Shown: piece by piece, positions 39,733 to 55,052 of the stretch
Numbering within the stretch: the stretch's first letter is position 1
Layout of the letters: the number at the start of each line of letters is the position of its first letter
Source: Amoeboaphelidium protococcarum X5
Taxonomy: Eukaryota; Fungi; Aphelidiomycota
Length of the DNA stretch: 56,642 nucleotides
NCBI GenBank assembly: GCA_023515725.1
Contig: JALDTO010000053.1
Coordinates: forward strand, 1-56,642
Direction: 5' to 3'
Position numbers and translations under genes: made by a program
Notes under the pieces: generated by a model
Told to the model about the DNA's origin: nothing
Seen by the model: the letters and a program-made list of their open reading frames with translations, nothing else
Databases searched by the model: none

Positions 39733-39865
39733 TCTAAACTGATTTAAATGCAATTATATCCTCTTCTACTAATGCGGATGAAATTTACAAAGTAGAGCTA
39801 AATAAAATTGTTATTGATTTGTGTAGAGAAATCAACGAGTTGAAACAGAAATCTATTTTTAGTCG

Positions 39866-41866
39866 TCAGCGTTTTCCCAACAACCAGCCGTTGCTAAGCA
39901 TGACACTCAAGTCTTTCAAAATGTCTGCTGATCGGTCGCTGTCATAGCTCAAACAAACGCGCTCTGTGGGATCCAACCTAGGCAATGACTATCTTGTACC
40001 TTCATTCAATAGTCGCGACTCATTTATCATTGAGTATCCAAGTGCACTATCTAGAAGTTATTAGCATCTCAAGTAGTACTCAGTTTCGGTGGTTGACTTG
40101 TACAACTATCGCAATTGCTCAAGAATCAGCAGATACTGAGAGAGTCGCATGCATTATTTCTACTTCAAGATGACTTCTGCGCAATACAGCTACAATAATG
40201 GTATATCAGGGAACTCTTAAAAAACTTCAAACAGCACAGTCTGCATCATTTAATCAAGGTCTTTCTCGAACAATGCAAGTTACTGTGCCTTGTGCACAAA
40301 AATGATTGCCAACTTTTATCGGAGTTTTGTAGATTTTTACTTTTTAAAGTAGATTAAGACACATTAAGTTAGAAATTATCTCGAAACACTATTACATTAC
40401 TCGGCAGACTCTAAAGACTTCAGAATTAAACGTTCAAACTGCAGCAAATGTCTCTCCTGCAATTAGTTCACTAATGAGAGAGTTGAGTTAAGCACACCTT
40501 CATCAACACTCGAATTCAACTTGGTGAGATGAGTTAATGCACACTCAATGATAGCCAAGCAGCAGTCAGCAGAGCGTGAGTCGTTGGTAAAGGGCTCTTC
40601 GTAAGCGACCAAATTCTACAACATAACTTCGACATCATGTGAAAACGAGATATCCCGTAACACGGCAGACAACATGTACTAAGAAGTCTAATCGGCAATT
40701 TAACTTAGAATTTGAACAGGCTATTTCCATGAAGTGCCAGTAGAATCAACTGAACTTAGAACTTTGAGTTGATACACAGTGAATGATTGCAGTTTCATTA
40801 AAGTTGCATCTTTCAACACAACATCCTTCACTGAAGACAGATCCTGCTCGGTGCATTTATCACAATGCAGTTTTATGATCCCATGAAGCAACTTCAATAT
40901 ATCCAATTAACTCCAAAAGTTAGAAACTCCTTAATAAGCAGCATCCAAATGTAAACCTGAACGCCTCAATTAAGCAAGTATATGGCATAGAGGTTGTATC
41001 AGCGCCAAAGATTAACTTGAAGATAGAAGTGGCAGTTACTACTTCAAGTACTATAAAGAGCAATGCATAACATTAAGATCCCTACATACATACCGTTAAA
41101 TTATCTAATACGACTTAATCTTAATTACTAAACTTACTCACTAACAATCAGCTGCAGCAGCTTCATGTGGACTTAATTTTAAGCATTCACTTTCTAAAGA
41201 GCAAGTAACAACTGCTGAGATTTACATCTTACGCGACTAGATTCAGAATTTAGAAAGCCAAGAAATAAATTAACTTTACTCAACACGAAATCTAAGCCAT
41301 CTTTAAATGCCAACAGTTGAATTCTAATGAAATCGAGAACCATCGTCACCAAGTCCTCACTATCATCAACCAGATGTATATCAAACTCTATCGCATTGAA
41401 CAGCAAAATGAATCCTGCGGCATCATCAAAACTCATCTAGCGTAGAGTGAAATAGTCTACATTAATGCCGTATGATTTACTAAGTCGACGATAATACATA
41501 CTTACACTGAGCCTTGAGCTTGAAACCATCTTGAGGAATCAACGCGTAGAGTTTCATCAAAAGAGCAAGATATTGCGCATCAAAGTGGTCAAGGTATACT
41601 GACAGAATAAGACTAGACTTCATAACATTCTTAAAACCAAATTTAAAAGCAGAATTGGACAATAACTTATGATCTTTTAATAGATGCTGTATTTCGAGCA
41701 AAGAGTTCCGCAGTAGTTAATTAGCAATTGATTGGTCACTCTAAAATATGGTAGCAATAAAGTACAGTAAATTGGCATATAGACCGAGTGAAAAACTTAC
41801 TTGGGCAGATCTGCTTGAAGACAATTAATGAAGAAAGAAGTCAAGTTTCTATAAATTATGTTGCAT
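39866..41866 (-). CDS. Hypothetical Leu-rich alpha-helical protein; join(39866..41081,41138..41456,41506..41740,41801..41866), about 611 aa
   Basis: Three GTAAGT...AG introns (60, 49, 56 nt); the latter two account for the frame changes between track ORFs. No family motif recognised. Confidence 0.65.
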
Positions 41867-41877
41867 ATTTAATTTAT

Positions 41878-42834
<957 letters not shown>

Positions 42835-43710
42835 TGATTTATCGGGAGCTGTCTAAATAAAGCAGGATATATACGTTACCAAAATTTTTAACAATAGACT
42901 GAAATTTAATCTGTATATCAAAAATCATGGAGCGCTATAAATTTTCACGACCTCATCTGACACGGATCGTGAAAATTCGTCATGCTCGGTTGAAACATAC
43001 TCGTGAAATAAATTCGTAAGCTGATCGATCGATGACAAATGATGTATATCGCGGCTTATGGAAAATTTACTATCAGAATGATGGTATTCAATCAATGCTG
43101 TTTCCTAATTTAAACATGTCAAAAATTTGAAAATAAATTTCTATCTATTAATGCAAGCATTTTGGGTATCTACGGCAAATCTGCTAGATGGAGATACTGT
43201 CACATCTAAAGCGATCGAGGCATAATCAACTTCTTGATCAATTTAGTATCTACAGCCAGCTTTACGCTTGTGAATGCTAAACGTACTCATTTTTGAGTGA
43301 TGGATGTTCTTATATACTTTCAAATCACAGTCTCTAGAAATAACTCTAAACTATGCGTCTAGTATCTGTCAGTATATATAGAATATTCTATTGAACACCA
43401 AACGCGTCAGCTCATTGTCTTGACATTGAAGCAACAATAAGACCACTAGCATGACAAAACTTTGTTCATACAACATTTAAAGATTTCTAGTAGAGATCCT
43501 CTAATTTTAAACATATTTTTAGACATGAACATCAAGTATGGTCCAGGCACATGGAATAACGGAATGCCGTCAATCCTTCTAGTTACGCTTATAAATAAGT
43601 CAATGCTATTTATAAGACTGCTGTCCAACACTTCTTTAATTTTCAAACATTCACCCTTCTAAATACCAAAATACTCGACATCATTACTAAGGTAATTATA
43701 ACTTCTCAAA

Positions 43711-45882
43711 ATGTCTGGTGCTGTCTAGAAAAAGAAGATGGAGGGCAATCCTGATGCCAATCTGACGTCCATTGGTAACTACTTTTTCATCAAGACTCTG
43801 GGTGAGGGCAATTTTGCAAAAGTCAAGCTGGCAAAACACAAAATTACAGGCCAGGAGGTGGCTATCAAAATCATCGACAAGATGTAAATGGATGAATAGA
43901 AGCTGAGCAAGTTGTACCGTGAAGTGCGAATCCTAAAACTGCTGAATCATCCTAATGTGGTCAAGATGTACGAGGTGGTTGAAACAAGGTACACAATCTT
44001 CTTGGTGATGGAGTATGTGTCTGGAGGTGAACTTTATGACTACCTGGTGGTCCATGGTCGCATGAAAGAGAGGGACGCGAGACCAAAGTTCAGGCAGATA
44101 CTGAGTGCGGTGAGTTATTGTCACAAGAAGCGCGTTATCCATCGTGATTTGAAAGCTGAGAATCTACTGCTGGATGCTGACATGAATATCAAGATTGCCG
44201 ACTTTGGATTCAGTAACATTTTTGATCCTGATAGCAAGTTGGATACTTTTTGCGGAAGTCCTCCGTATGCTGCACCTGAATTGTTTGTGGGTAAACGCTA
44301 TATCGGACCAGAGGTGGATGTTTGGAGCATTGGTGTCATCCTATACGTTCTCACCACTGGATGTCTGCCATTTGAGGGAAAGAACTTACAGGAAATGCGC
44401 GAGTCTGTATGCAGAGGCAAGTATAGAATTCCATTCTACATAAGTGAGAGCTGTGAAAAGCTCCTCCGTAAGTTCCTCGTCCGTGATGCTAGTAAGAGAC
44501 CATCGTTGGACATCCTGTATGACGATGAGTGGATAAACGAAGGTTTTGATCATTCTCCCATAGTTCTGGATGTGAACGAAGAGAAGGTAGTGCAAGACAA
44601 TCTTATCCTGAACATCATGGAGTCCAAGTTTGGTATTGAGCGCGAAATTATCATCGATGGCTTGGCTAATGATGTGCACGATGAGAATATGGCCATCTAC
44701 TATTTGTTGTACGAAGAAAAGCGTAGAAATGGCGAGGCTAGTGTCATAAGGATTGGTGACACTATGGCTATCAAATCTCCGTTTGCGGCTTTTTTGAATT
44801 AGAGTACTCATCAGCATCACGTCGCCTCTCAACCTCACGGCATTAGTATGATAAAAGAAGAAGGATCTAATTCGAGCGATTTGGCTCCGAAGCTTACCGA
44901 ATCTCCTGAAGATGTTGTTGTTGTGGTTCCGCGTCGTAGATCCTCACTAGCTTAAGATGCGCCGCTGCTGCAACACAGCAGTGCGTAGCCCAATAAGAAT
45001 CAGGCAAAGGGAGTTTAAAAGCCGGTTCTTAATCCAAATCAGAATGATCAATAGAGCAGAGCCATGTAGGCGCCCATTAAGCGTCAGCGTCGTAACACGG
45101 TGAGCAATGATGCTAATACTGCTGAGATGGTTTAAGCTACTAATAATCATGCTCAGATTCAAAAGCAGTTTTAGAATATGACTATACAAACAGAGGAGAG
45201 TGAGCGGGATATTACCACTGATGCTTCAAAGTCTATGCCGCGTTAGAATGGTGCTAAATTTTCTCCTGATGTTGATAAACAGACTCGTCCATCAAGTTTT
45301 GTCGCTACTACTGCTCATTAACATGTGGCTTAGATCAGACAGTAGCCTGAGGTTTCAACTGCCGCATCTACTGCTCCGCAAGGTAACAATTAACTTGTAC
45401 GTGTACAAGGTAGAAAGCGTACTAATACTGTAACTGGTTTCTTGAAGTTGTTCAAGGCCAGTGAAGAAGAAGATGATCAGAAGTAGGCGACAGCTGTAGT
45501 CATTGGTCAGAATTCTGGTGGTAACAAGTCGAAGGAGACGTCCAATGATGGAGTTGAGAACAGCGAGGGGCCTCGATCGTTAAGATTCACTTTCAACTCC
45601 AACACAACTTCCTCTAAGGACCCGGATGAGATCGTAAGAGAGATTTTTGTTGCATGCCATCAATTGCAAATCAAGGCCATTACTCTGAATAGATTTATGG
45701 TTGAATGCATTGCCCAGCCGGCTAATAATCTGCCAGGATCTGAGGCAGTGCGCGTCGAGGTGGAGGTCTGCAAACTGCCCCGCCTGAAAAATATGCACGG
45801 CCTCAAGTTTAAGCGTCTATCCGGCTCTAGCAGTGACTACAAGACGGTTTGTGAGTTGCTCTTAAAGGAAATAAAGTTGTGA
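43711..45882 (+). CDS. MARK/Par-1 family Ser/Thr kinase with UBA-like and KA1 domains, 723 aa
   Basis: [43 protein letters not shown] and [10 protein letters not shown]...GLKFKRLSG (KA1). Confidence 0.96.
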
Positions 45883-46004
45883 AGTGAATGGTTGCTTTAG
45901 GATTAGAACAAAGTGAATGATGACAAGATACGTGAAAAGAGTAGACAAATAGAGAAATTCGCTCAACTGAAATTTCCTTTTTTAGTACATTTTGCATTGA
46001 ACGT

Positions 46005-47159
46005 ATGATGAATACGGACACTTTTACATCTGATATCGCGGTAATTTCGCGACTTATTGGTCGAGTGTTAAGCTCACTTTACACCTATTGTATGATATTC
46101 ATATGGACCAAATGTAAAGAACTGGCGCGTGAAGTGTATTCCTCTGCTGATTTCTAGTTGAGAACCAGATTCAATATACACCCGTGTTTTAAAAGCAAAT
46201 TGGATGATAAATAACATGTAATATGTCGGATAATTTATCATGATAAAAACTATTTAATCGTTGATAAACCGCACAATGTAAATGTTGTGCTTGGAGATAA
46301 ATCTAGAGTTTCGGTGTAGCGATTACTTAGCATTAACTATCCGCTGTATCACATTCGTAACATTCACCGACTGGACTTTGGAACGAGCGGTGTGTATGTT
46401 ATCGCCACAAACTAATGGTCTGCGAGGGATGGCGGTTTGATGCTCAAGCATAAATTGGCGCGTAAAATATACTATGCACTGGTGGAAGGTCATATCGATA
46501 TGGACAATGTATGCCAAAAGCTGCCTGAACGCGTTACTAAAATGGAAATGAAAAATTAAAGTGATTCAGAATCAATATCCCAATATCTCATCACCATCCG
46601 ATTAGGACAGAGTTTAATTGATGAGAAAAAGGTAACCTCAGAGCTGGATGCTGAGAATGTGAGGGACTTGCGTGAATGCTCAACTATCCTCGAAGTTGTA
46701 CGTGTTGGCTATTACAATAGCCATAATCCGTGCACTCTAGTCAGACTGAGTCCTCTTAGTGGAAGAACCCATCAGCTTAGAGTCCATATGAAGAGTATTG
46801 GACATACAATCATTGGAGACACTTTGTACGAGTCCTCGGTGTAGTCTCCCAGAATGTATCTCCATTCATCTCAGATATCCTTTGACTTTGAATAGCTCAA
46901 CAAAAAATATGCCAAGATATATGGACGCGCATCATCTATCAGGTAGCCTTCTGCTGCTGCAAAGTAAGCAAAACCATCCTCAAGACTGACAACTGTGCCA
47001 AGTTAGATCAAAGTTTGGCTGTTTGAGGCTGAGAAGCACGTGTGCAACTGGCTCAAAATTTTAGACTCATCGCCATGTCGCGCTACTAATTTCACCGTCT
47101 AGACGCCAGGTATACCTTTCATAGAGCTAATTTAGGAATAGACAGAGTCCGCTGAATGA
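46005..47159 (+). CDS. RluA-family RNA pseudouridine synthase (RPUSD1-like), up to 384 aa; alternative start at 46092
   Basis: LIVDKP, IHRLDFGTSG (catalytic Asp), KIYYALVEG, SGRTHQLRVH, IIGDTLY, RMYLHS. Confidence 0.9.
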
Positions 47160-47509
47160 GTAACTATTGATGCTGTGTCTGAATAAAAGACTGATACACT
47201 CTTTGATGAGTCCTAATTATTCATTATTTTCCACGAGGCGCGTTAGTCATACTGTACTGTTGTTGTCTATTTAAGAGCATCAACGCCTCCTCATTCATCA
47301 TTGCCCGTTTCGACCGCCGGAAACGGTAAAATTTCGTATGACAGCCCCCTCCCGCGCGCCAGTTTCGATTATGAAACAAGCAAGCCTCTTGGTAGAGCTG
47401 AAAACGGATTTCCACCTTCATCGTTATTACCTTTTCTAGAATAGTATAGTCGGCGATTACACACTGCTACGCTCTATTCTCTATTTGGCTAATCTGAAAC
47501 AGCTCCAAG

Positions 47510-48779
47510 ATGGTCGTTAATCCTCCCGCTGCGGACACTTATGATGAATTGATGGAAAAGTCGCTGCATTTGAACTCTGATCTGCAGTCTCAACTTGATG
47601 GCCGCCAAGCTACTGCTTCTTCTGCACCACATGCGACTCAAATAAACTTGGACTCTTTCGTAAATGGACACAATGTTCATCGACCAAATGATCACCATGG
47701 TTTAGAGTAATTTAACCTCGACAATCTTATTGGCGGTGATCATACTTAGCAAGGTCTCACGACAAAGTATAGCGATGGAAACAACGTGCTTGATCGCGAA
47801 GATCAATTCGCTCAAGTCTATGATTACCTGGAATCTATGGAACAATCTCGACAGTATGCGCCATAATCTCATGCTTAGCAAGGACGTTCTGCGTAGTCTT
47901 CTGCTCGTGCGGTAAGTCAGTAAACTCAAGACTCTGATTCTGCTCATAACGATGCCAACAATTATCAACAAACTCTAAAGAGATCGCGCGCTTCTACTCT
48001 GGACTCTCAAGAGCACTCCCAGCACGATGGACATCATCAAGTTGATGATGAATTCCCACCCAGCCGTAAAATCAAAATTGAGTTCATCGCTGATAAGAGC
48101 AAGAGACACATCACATTTAGCAAACGCAAAGCTGGCATTATGAAAAAGGTATGTTGATATTATGATTTGAGATATTTTCATGAATTGTAAAGTGTGCACA
48201 CCACTCTTACACATGTAGGCTTATGAATTGAGTACTTTGACTGGCACAGAAATTCTGCTTCTGGTAGCTTCTGAGACTGGTCATGTGTATACTTATGCCA
48301 CGTCCAAATTTTAACCAATTATAACGCGTGAAGAAGGAAAGCAGATTATTCAAGCCTGTCTGCATCAGTAACAACAATAGCCACAATAAACAACAGTTCG
48401 AGCCCCGGAAAATGCTGCATCTGATCATTAGAATTTGTCTTACTAACAGCTAAAATCGCTGTATCAACCCCAATAACGCAATGTCCATAGTCAGGTCAGT
48501 CAACCTGATTCGAGTGGCTCATTGCAGTAACAAGAAGCGCTGAATAGAATCGAGAAATAGTCTCAAGTCTAAGCCGATCCTGATCAACAATAGAAGTAAG
48601 GATAGTCATTGATGGAGTATCAAGTAATGATGCAAAGACGCGCTTTGGAGCATCAGTTGAGACATGCTTAAGCGTAGTAGAGACTGCAGCTGGCTCAATA
48701 GTAACAGTAATAGTTGAACATGGCTGCGAATCTCCAGAGAAACACTCATTAAACCCGCCAATCTCAGCACAATGAATGA
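47510..48779 (+). CDS. SRF/Mcm1-type (type I) MADS-box transcription factor; join(47510..48148,48219..48779), 399 aa
   Basis: RKIKIEFIADKSKRHITFSKRKAGIMKK|AYELSTLTGTEILLLVASETGHVYTYATSKFQPIITREEGKQIIQACL; 70-nt intron; Gln-rich C-terminus. Confidence 0.93.
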
Positions 48780-48922
48780 TTTATGAACACTTCCTTGAAC
48801 ATGTATATACAATTGTTACACTGGTCATTTAATTATATACTTCGTAGTGTTTAGTTGTTTCAACTCTGCTTTTGTTACAATGATTTGATCCGGATTGGCT
48901 GATAATAAACTTCGCTCATCAG

Positions 48923-50651
48923 ATGATGGCATATCTGATTTCTTAGAACGTCTGCTATTGCATTATAAGTGAGCAATACAGTTCAATTTTCTTTTTATAT
49001 TACAAATCATACACTGATATTAGATTTTAATCAATTAGGTAATTTAGAAAGAGAGCTTAGAATGGAAATCGCGCAATACTAGTCCAACATTGTCAAAGTC
49101 AACACCAAGTATGCCTGCGAATATTTTAACGCTGTGAATGATTTGGTAACACTCTATGACACTAAGCTTAGTCAAATTTAAATTGAAAGCAAACAATAAG
49201 TGGACCACACTGCTGAGGCAGTCAATCGCATAATAGAACATGAGAAGAGCTACGTGCATGACTTGACGCGTCTAAAGACTATGCTGATCTAACCAATGAA
49301 GGCGCTGAATTACAATTTGGAATCATTGCTACCTTTGAATTCTAATAATAATACTAATTTAAAAAGCGATAGGTCATAAGCTGCCAATCTTGATGTTACA
49401 TCTATATTTAATGGACTCGAGAGTTTCCTTGAGATACATTTGGGCTTACAGAGCCAGCTGTCTCAGTCATTTCCTACTACGGTGACAGAGTCTTTGGAAT
49501 AGGCGGATCGCTTGATTGGATGTTATCTCAGGGTGGCCCCAATGTTTAAAGAATACTCTCTCTTTGCGTATTAACAAGTAATATTCATACATAGACTCGA
49601 TGGTATCAGTCCTGCTGTGCTGAGCCATGTGGACTCTTACATCAGTCATTTGTCCCATGGTAATATCTAAAGTCTGTCGCAGCTCGCCAGTTTCCCTCTG
49701 CAGTACATTGAATTGATCAGCAATCTGTTTACAGATTTAAGTGTAACTGCATCTGTAATAGAATAGAGCTCTCATCTCCGCTCACTTGTGGCTATTTTGA
49801 GCAATGTATTGATATCTATTTAAAAGAGCCAGTCATAAGCTAGAAGTTAGATGCAAGTTCTGGATCTGAGTCAACGTTTGGTGTACCAGTCTCCGTCTAA
49901 GAGCGTGTCATTTCTAATTTCCCCAACGCGACATTTGATTTTACACGAGTGTGTCTGGCTCAACAATATGTCGATATTCTCCCAAGTGTCCATGTATGTG
50001 TTCAATGATTTACTGCTGATAACAACCAAAACGGCTGGAAAGTAGCTGGTTTTGCAGCAATTTGCACTGTCTCTAGTGGAGCTTATTGATCTACTGGTGC
50101 TCAGCGAAGATGACGCGAATAAAATGAGACTTTGCAAGTTCATCGCCCTGCAATAGGATCTTGATGATGTTCCTCTATAAGGCTAGCTTTAAGATTTAAT
50201 CTTTGCAATCAAATGCAATGGCACTGATCTGATATTTGCCTGCTGTTCTCAAGCTTAAAAGTCGCGATTAATGTTTAAACTTGCCGGAGCCATTGAGGAG
50301 TGTCAGATTGCGTAGAAATGCATCCTAGATAGGTAGCTGTATGGTATGAAAGCGATCAAATGGGAGCAGGAGATGAAAATTGTTCGCTCTGAGATACAAT
50401 CTTTGAAGACGATTTAAAGGGAGCAGAGTCTTCATAGAGCGGCCAGTACGAGCTCTAGAGGCAGTTCAATGGTGTTTGCATCATCTTCACACGAAGATCT
50501 GAATTGCGATATTGCTTACATGACTTTCTCTACCGACAAAATACGCGTTCACTCTCTAAATGGTGGCGGAATTTAAATTAATACAAGCACAAGTAAGAGT
50601 AAGAGTAATAGTGATTATCACAGCATGGATCGTCGTGAAAGTATAAACTGA
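48923..50651 (+). CDS. Dbl-family RhoGEF-like (DH-PH) protein; first exon uncertain (alternative start at 49062)
   Basis: RIIEHEKSYVHDL..L...LIQP, IFNGLESFLEIH, PTRHLILHE and MYVFNDLLLI (PH). Putative intron from 48969. Confidence 0.75.
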
Positions 50652-50696
50652 TGATATTATGATATTGATGAACGAAAATATATTCATAAATGACTC

Positions 50697-53600
50697 TCAG
50701 AAATTCAGTTCTGCAATCTTCTCACTCAATTTGGCAGTGAGATCTTTGGCCACATCGTCTTCTTTCTCCAACATCAATGATTGCCTGTTATCAACGTCAA
50801 TAGAGGATTGTGATTAAGGCTAAACAATAGTCTTCTCTCGCGGCTCAAGCATAAGACTCAATTCATGCAACTTGGAGAAGTCTCTCGGCTAATCGAGATG
50901 AGTTTAAATCCAATTCCAAATGTCTGGCACAACGACAAACTTATAAGAGTCCAGTTGGAAGCGATCAATTTCCTAGATGATGGCGGCCAGTTTTCGATAC
51001 TTATCAAAGTTGATGAGATTCTTGTTGGAAAAGTAATCCGGATTGCCTTACTTTATGAATGTGATGTCAGTGAGATATCGGCCAAGAAATGGTATACAAG
51101 GAGCATTCAGTTCTTTCAGAGCATTTCGATAATTTTAAAAGTTATTCTCACGGTCCATATGAGAACAGAGCGTCTCGAACTTCATTTAATACTTTGAACT
51201 CAGTTCTGCCCACGTCTTTCGCAATCGATAAATCGGCGTAGAGTTGAGTGCAGCCAGAATAGATTCCCGAGATGCAAAGTTGTTCAGCTCATGACACTTT
51301 TCAGCTGTTTTAATAAGATGCTTCAACACAGCTACTCTAGATTTAATGTCAGACTGCTGAAGAATCAACTCGGCAATCCATCCAGTTATTTAGTTAGATC
51401 TTTATATCGCCTGCCGTATTGGATCAATTGACTCGTCACCCACATTCTATTGCAAACCTTCGCGCGGCACGTAGTACAATAGCTCCATCGGATGAACGGC
51501 CATAAATAGTCTATGTTCGAGCAGAGTAATCTAACGACACAGTTCCAGCGGATCAATATCCAAAATACTAGAGATTTATCCATTTTTGACAGGTATTGCA
51601 GGAGGAATAGAAGCATCAGCTATGGGCAGATGAGACAATCTTGCCAGAGATAGGCGTATATTAGTGCTTCGTTCATTGCGTAGAGCCAATCGTCGAGCTA
51701 CAAGTTCAATGAGCCTCTCAGCTTCCTTACCCATCTGTGGATACATAACGCTCTTGATAAACTACTTCAATTCATCCAAATGCGGACCATCCTCCTTCTC
51801 ATACCAATAATCTTCCATCCACATCTTCAATGCTTTAAATACTCTTATCTGTATTGGCTTCAACTTGACCTCATACCATTTCTGCTGCTCAAACGGAGAC
51901 AAATTAGACGGGGCTTACAGCTAAAATCTGGCTCTGACATTGTCCAAAACCAACTGCCAAGTGGTAAACATCCTAAAAGTCAATAAGAACGTTTTGACAA
52001 AGTCGAAATCCACATTGTCATGTCCCACAAAATAAGTAACCAGTGCAGACAGTGTCCCTCCCTTGACATGTTTCTATCCATCAAGAGTAAAAATGAGGTC
52101 AGATGGTGAGTAGTCGGGCTATTACCAAGAGAAAATCTCCGCATTAGACTGATTAGGAGAGTAGCTCAGTGTAACTGGACTTTCCCCAAAGAATTTCTTT
52201 AATCTTTTATTGGTAGCAGTGGCTCCTTCTACTATCTAATCATCCAGCTCAGTATTGATATTCTTAATGGAGTTTCCTTACGAAAAATTATCATCGCTAG
52301 TAGCAACATCTTCACCAAAGAACTTGCTTAATTTCCTCTAAGCCTATGCACTCTTTGCAACCTCATATTTCTTTGATCTTTATAGCGTGCCTTTAGGTAA
52401 AGAGCTCTTGGCAGACATGGAAGATACAAAATTACGTCGCCGTTTACTTTCAACCGTGGACTGAGTCCTACGGCGGTCTAGATCGGTAACGCTTTCTTCA
52501 TCGAGGCTACTGCTATCAGACGACTAATTGCCACCATCGTCATCAACATCGGACTATGACGAACGGCGATTGCCCAATGAAGGCTTGGCCGTAGCATCAA
52601 CTGCAGCTTTAATATCTTGCTACAATTGTCTCCATGAATTTACGGATTACTCCATAAAATCACAATTGAGCATAGCAAGCTGAACATCTAGCTGACTCTT
52701 ATAATTCAGCAGCTCCCTGCATGTAGCGATATAATCTTTAGCGGCCTTCAGTGTCGAAGTTATACTGAGTAGAACGGATTTCTATGCATGAGCCGGAGCA
52801 AATTCGTTCTTCATCTAATCAACTTCTGCCATCAAGTTTGCCACGGCAGAATTCAACTAATGCTTCACCGCAGATGTTGACCAAACAATATCGGCGTCAT
52901 TAGGCAGCAGGATATCAAACTCTTTAGCTTCACTCCTAGTATTCGATAAAATCTCATCAAAATGTAAATCTTCCATCAAAGTTATCAGTTAAATACTCTG
53001 AGCCGTAATCTAAGAGCTAGCTTACAATAGGACTTTTATTGAGACATTCTTCTACAGATCTGCCTACTGCAATATACTAACGAGAACTGACTTTAAGCCA
53101 CTTTGACATAAGCCCAGATGCTGCTCACATTCAACGACACTTAGGCCTTGGTTATAAGTGATAGTTTCGAAACTTGCTTGACTGGCAACTGACTTGGACC
53201 GAGAGCTTAACTTCACATCATTATCAAGACAAAGAGTCACATACTTTCTGACTGCTAACAACACATGTCCACAGCGGCTCTTAATTTATGCTATTCCATG
53301 CTAATCTATCAATGCAGACTACTGCTGCTTTAATGAGTACACAAATTTGTCGCAACTGGCTACAAGTTCATCAAATCCAGTTTGAATAGACCGATTACTT
53401 AACATTAAAGCATCTTATGATTGCTCCACGAGATTGCCGACTGCAGTTACCAAAAGATTTCCGTCCTGTATCAACATTTTGTAATTCTGGTCCTTCAATG
53501 CAGCATTTATATTACTGATCGAAGTCAAAACACGCTTAATCATCACATCCCAGGTGGAAATTTGACTACCAGCGCTTAGAGTGAATTTACTACCACCTAC

Positions 53601-54029
53601 TTACGCTTTTCCGGTTTATTGCGAGGATGCACCGTCCCTTTGTGATAGATTATTGGATTCACCAATACGCTATTCCACTATTCGATTTTAGGCCTCTGGA
53701 GTAGAAATTGACTGAACTCCATCATGCAACTACGATTGTTATTAGAGATCTTCTTGCAGCGCCTAATCACGCGCCGTTTTCAATAAATCTTCCGACAATT
53801 CAGCCACAAAAGACGAAGGAAACCAGCCAATGAACAATGGCTTACTATTCACAGTGTATCCACTCCACCATCCTGAATTATGTTTGCTTATTACTTGTAA
53901 GATGTCACCTTTCCTAATACTCAACTTATTTGGCTGATTCTGAGGTTAGAAGTCATGCAAGACGATAACTTGTGTGGCCGCATCAGCTTGAAGTTTCAAC
54001 TATTGCTCAGACTCTTCTCGGCTGTCCAT
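50697..54029 (-). CDS. CDC25: Cdc25-like Ras guanine nucleotide exchange factor (SH3-REM-RasGEF), 1110 aa
   Basis: N-terminal SH3 (VLHDF...SGWWSG...GWFPSSFV), REM (VKGGTLSALV, FLLTFRMFTT), catalytic ELNNF, RLRKTW, PCIPFLGRYLTDITFI, INFDK. Confidence 0.92.
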
Positions 54030-54343
54030 GATATATTAATTAGTCTTGTTTAGATGGGAAAAAGAGATTTTTACATTGTAATCATCATTTCCTCTTATGA
54101 CAGGATCCTTCTTGAATGTCTATTTATAAACAATCAAAAAAACCTTACGTCAATTGGCATTAGGAAACAACAACAACACGTTCAGCCAGTCGATAAAGAT
54201 TATGTTAATAGGCCAGGCTGAAACTGCAGCGAAAACTTTAAGTATTGCAGAAGACTGCGATGGTCTAATTTGGAACTTCCATGCCACAATTAACGGTAAA
54301 TAACGCATTAATACCGAAAAAAATAATTTATACATTCAAAGAA

Positions 54344-54870
54344 TCACTAGGTATCGGCATTCGTATCAGATGTAGCGATCATTCCAATCAATTCGGCAAT
54401 CTCTTGTTTCTCCTACACATTTTAATCAATCAAAAGAAAACTTTATGTTAAAACAATTAGCCCAAAAAGTGATGAATTACCTGCTAAAGAAGAGAGTCAT
54501 AACGCGACAATTCTTGTTTCAGAACTCTTGAGCGCGCACTCTCCATTACATTTTGCCAGTCGGTATTTACCAGCTCATTCAACAGCTACTTGTCACCCTT
54601 AATTCGTTCCAGTAATTTCAACTTTTCTTCTATTCCATATTGACTCTTGATTTCTTCATATTTTGCCTACATTTACAGTAGTTGTCTGATATCATCATAT
54701 AGGTCAACGATCAAGTGGGGAAATCATACGTGGAAATCTCTTTTAAAAGTGGAACGAAATTCTTCCAGATCGGAGGAAGGGAACGCGGTTTCTAATGACT
54801 CCATCGTATCCAGTATTTTCTAGACTGCCATTTATGTAGCCTAGTCCAATTGCTCTTCTAACGTACTCAT
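54344..54870 (-). CDS. Small coiled-coil protein, probable Nnf1/PMF1 (MIS12 complex) homolog; join(54344..54412,54481..54666,54730..54870), 131 aa
   Basis: LDQATQMAVQKIL...AFP...KYEEIKSQYGIEEKLKLLE resembles the Nnf1 pattern; two canonical introns (63, 68 nt). Confidence 0.6.
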
Positions 54871-55052
54871 TTTTTAAAAATTAATTCGGAGTAAAATAAC
54901 TAATTATGAACAAGACTGAATGAAGTTAAGAGGAGCGCTTCGAGCTGAAACATGATCGCGTTCGTTCCATCGAAGTTTGTTTAGTTTCTTTAGTGAGAGT
55001 TCTGTGCTATTCTTCAGTGTCTTCAACTGGTAGAAGAACTGTGAAGAGAGTG

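Noticed and set aside
42840-43710. Possible small gene or ncRNA in one of the longest intergenic gaps (also 2050-2790, 24430-25036, 32030-32607)
   Set aside because: No convincing ORF, tRNA cloverleaf or snoRNA boxes seen by eye; probably promoters or UTRs. An Infernal or tRNAscan run would be needed to exclude ncRNA.
44386-44838. Longer antisense or off-frame ORFs in the track (also 2866-3258, 13764-14177, 30708-31106, 32584-32979, 39166-39543, 50865-51197)
   Set aside because: They are shadows of well-supported genes on the opposite strand and have no motifs of their own.
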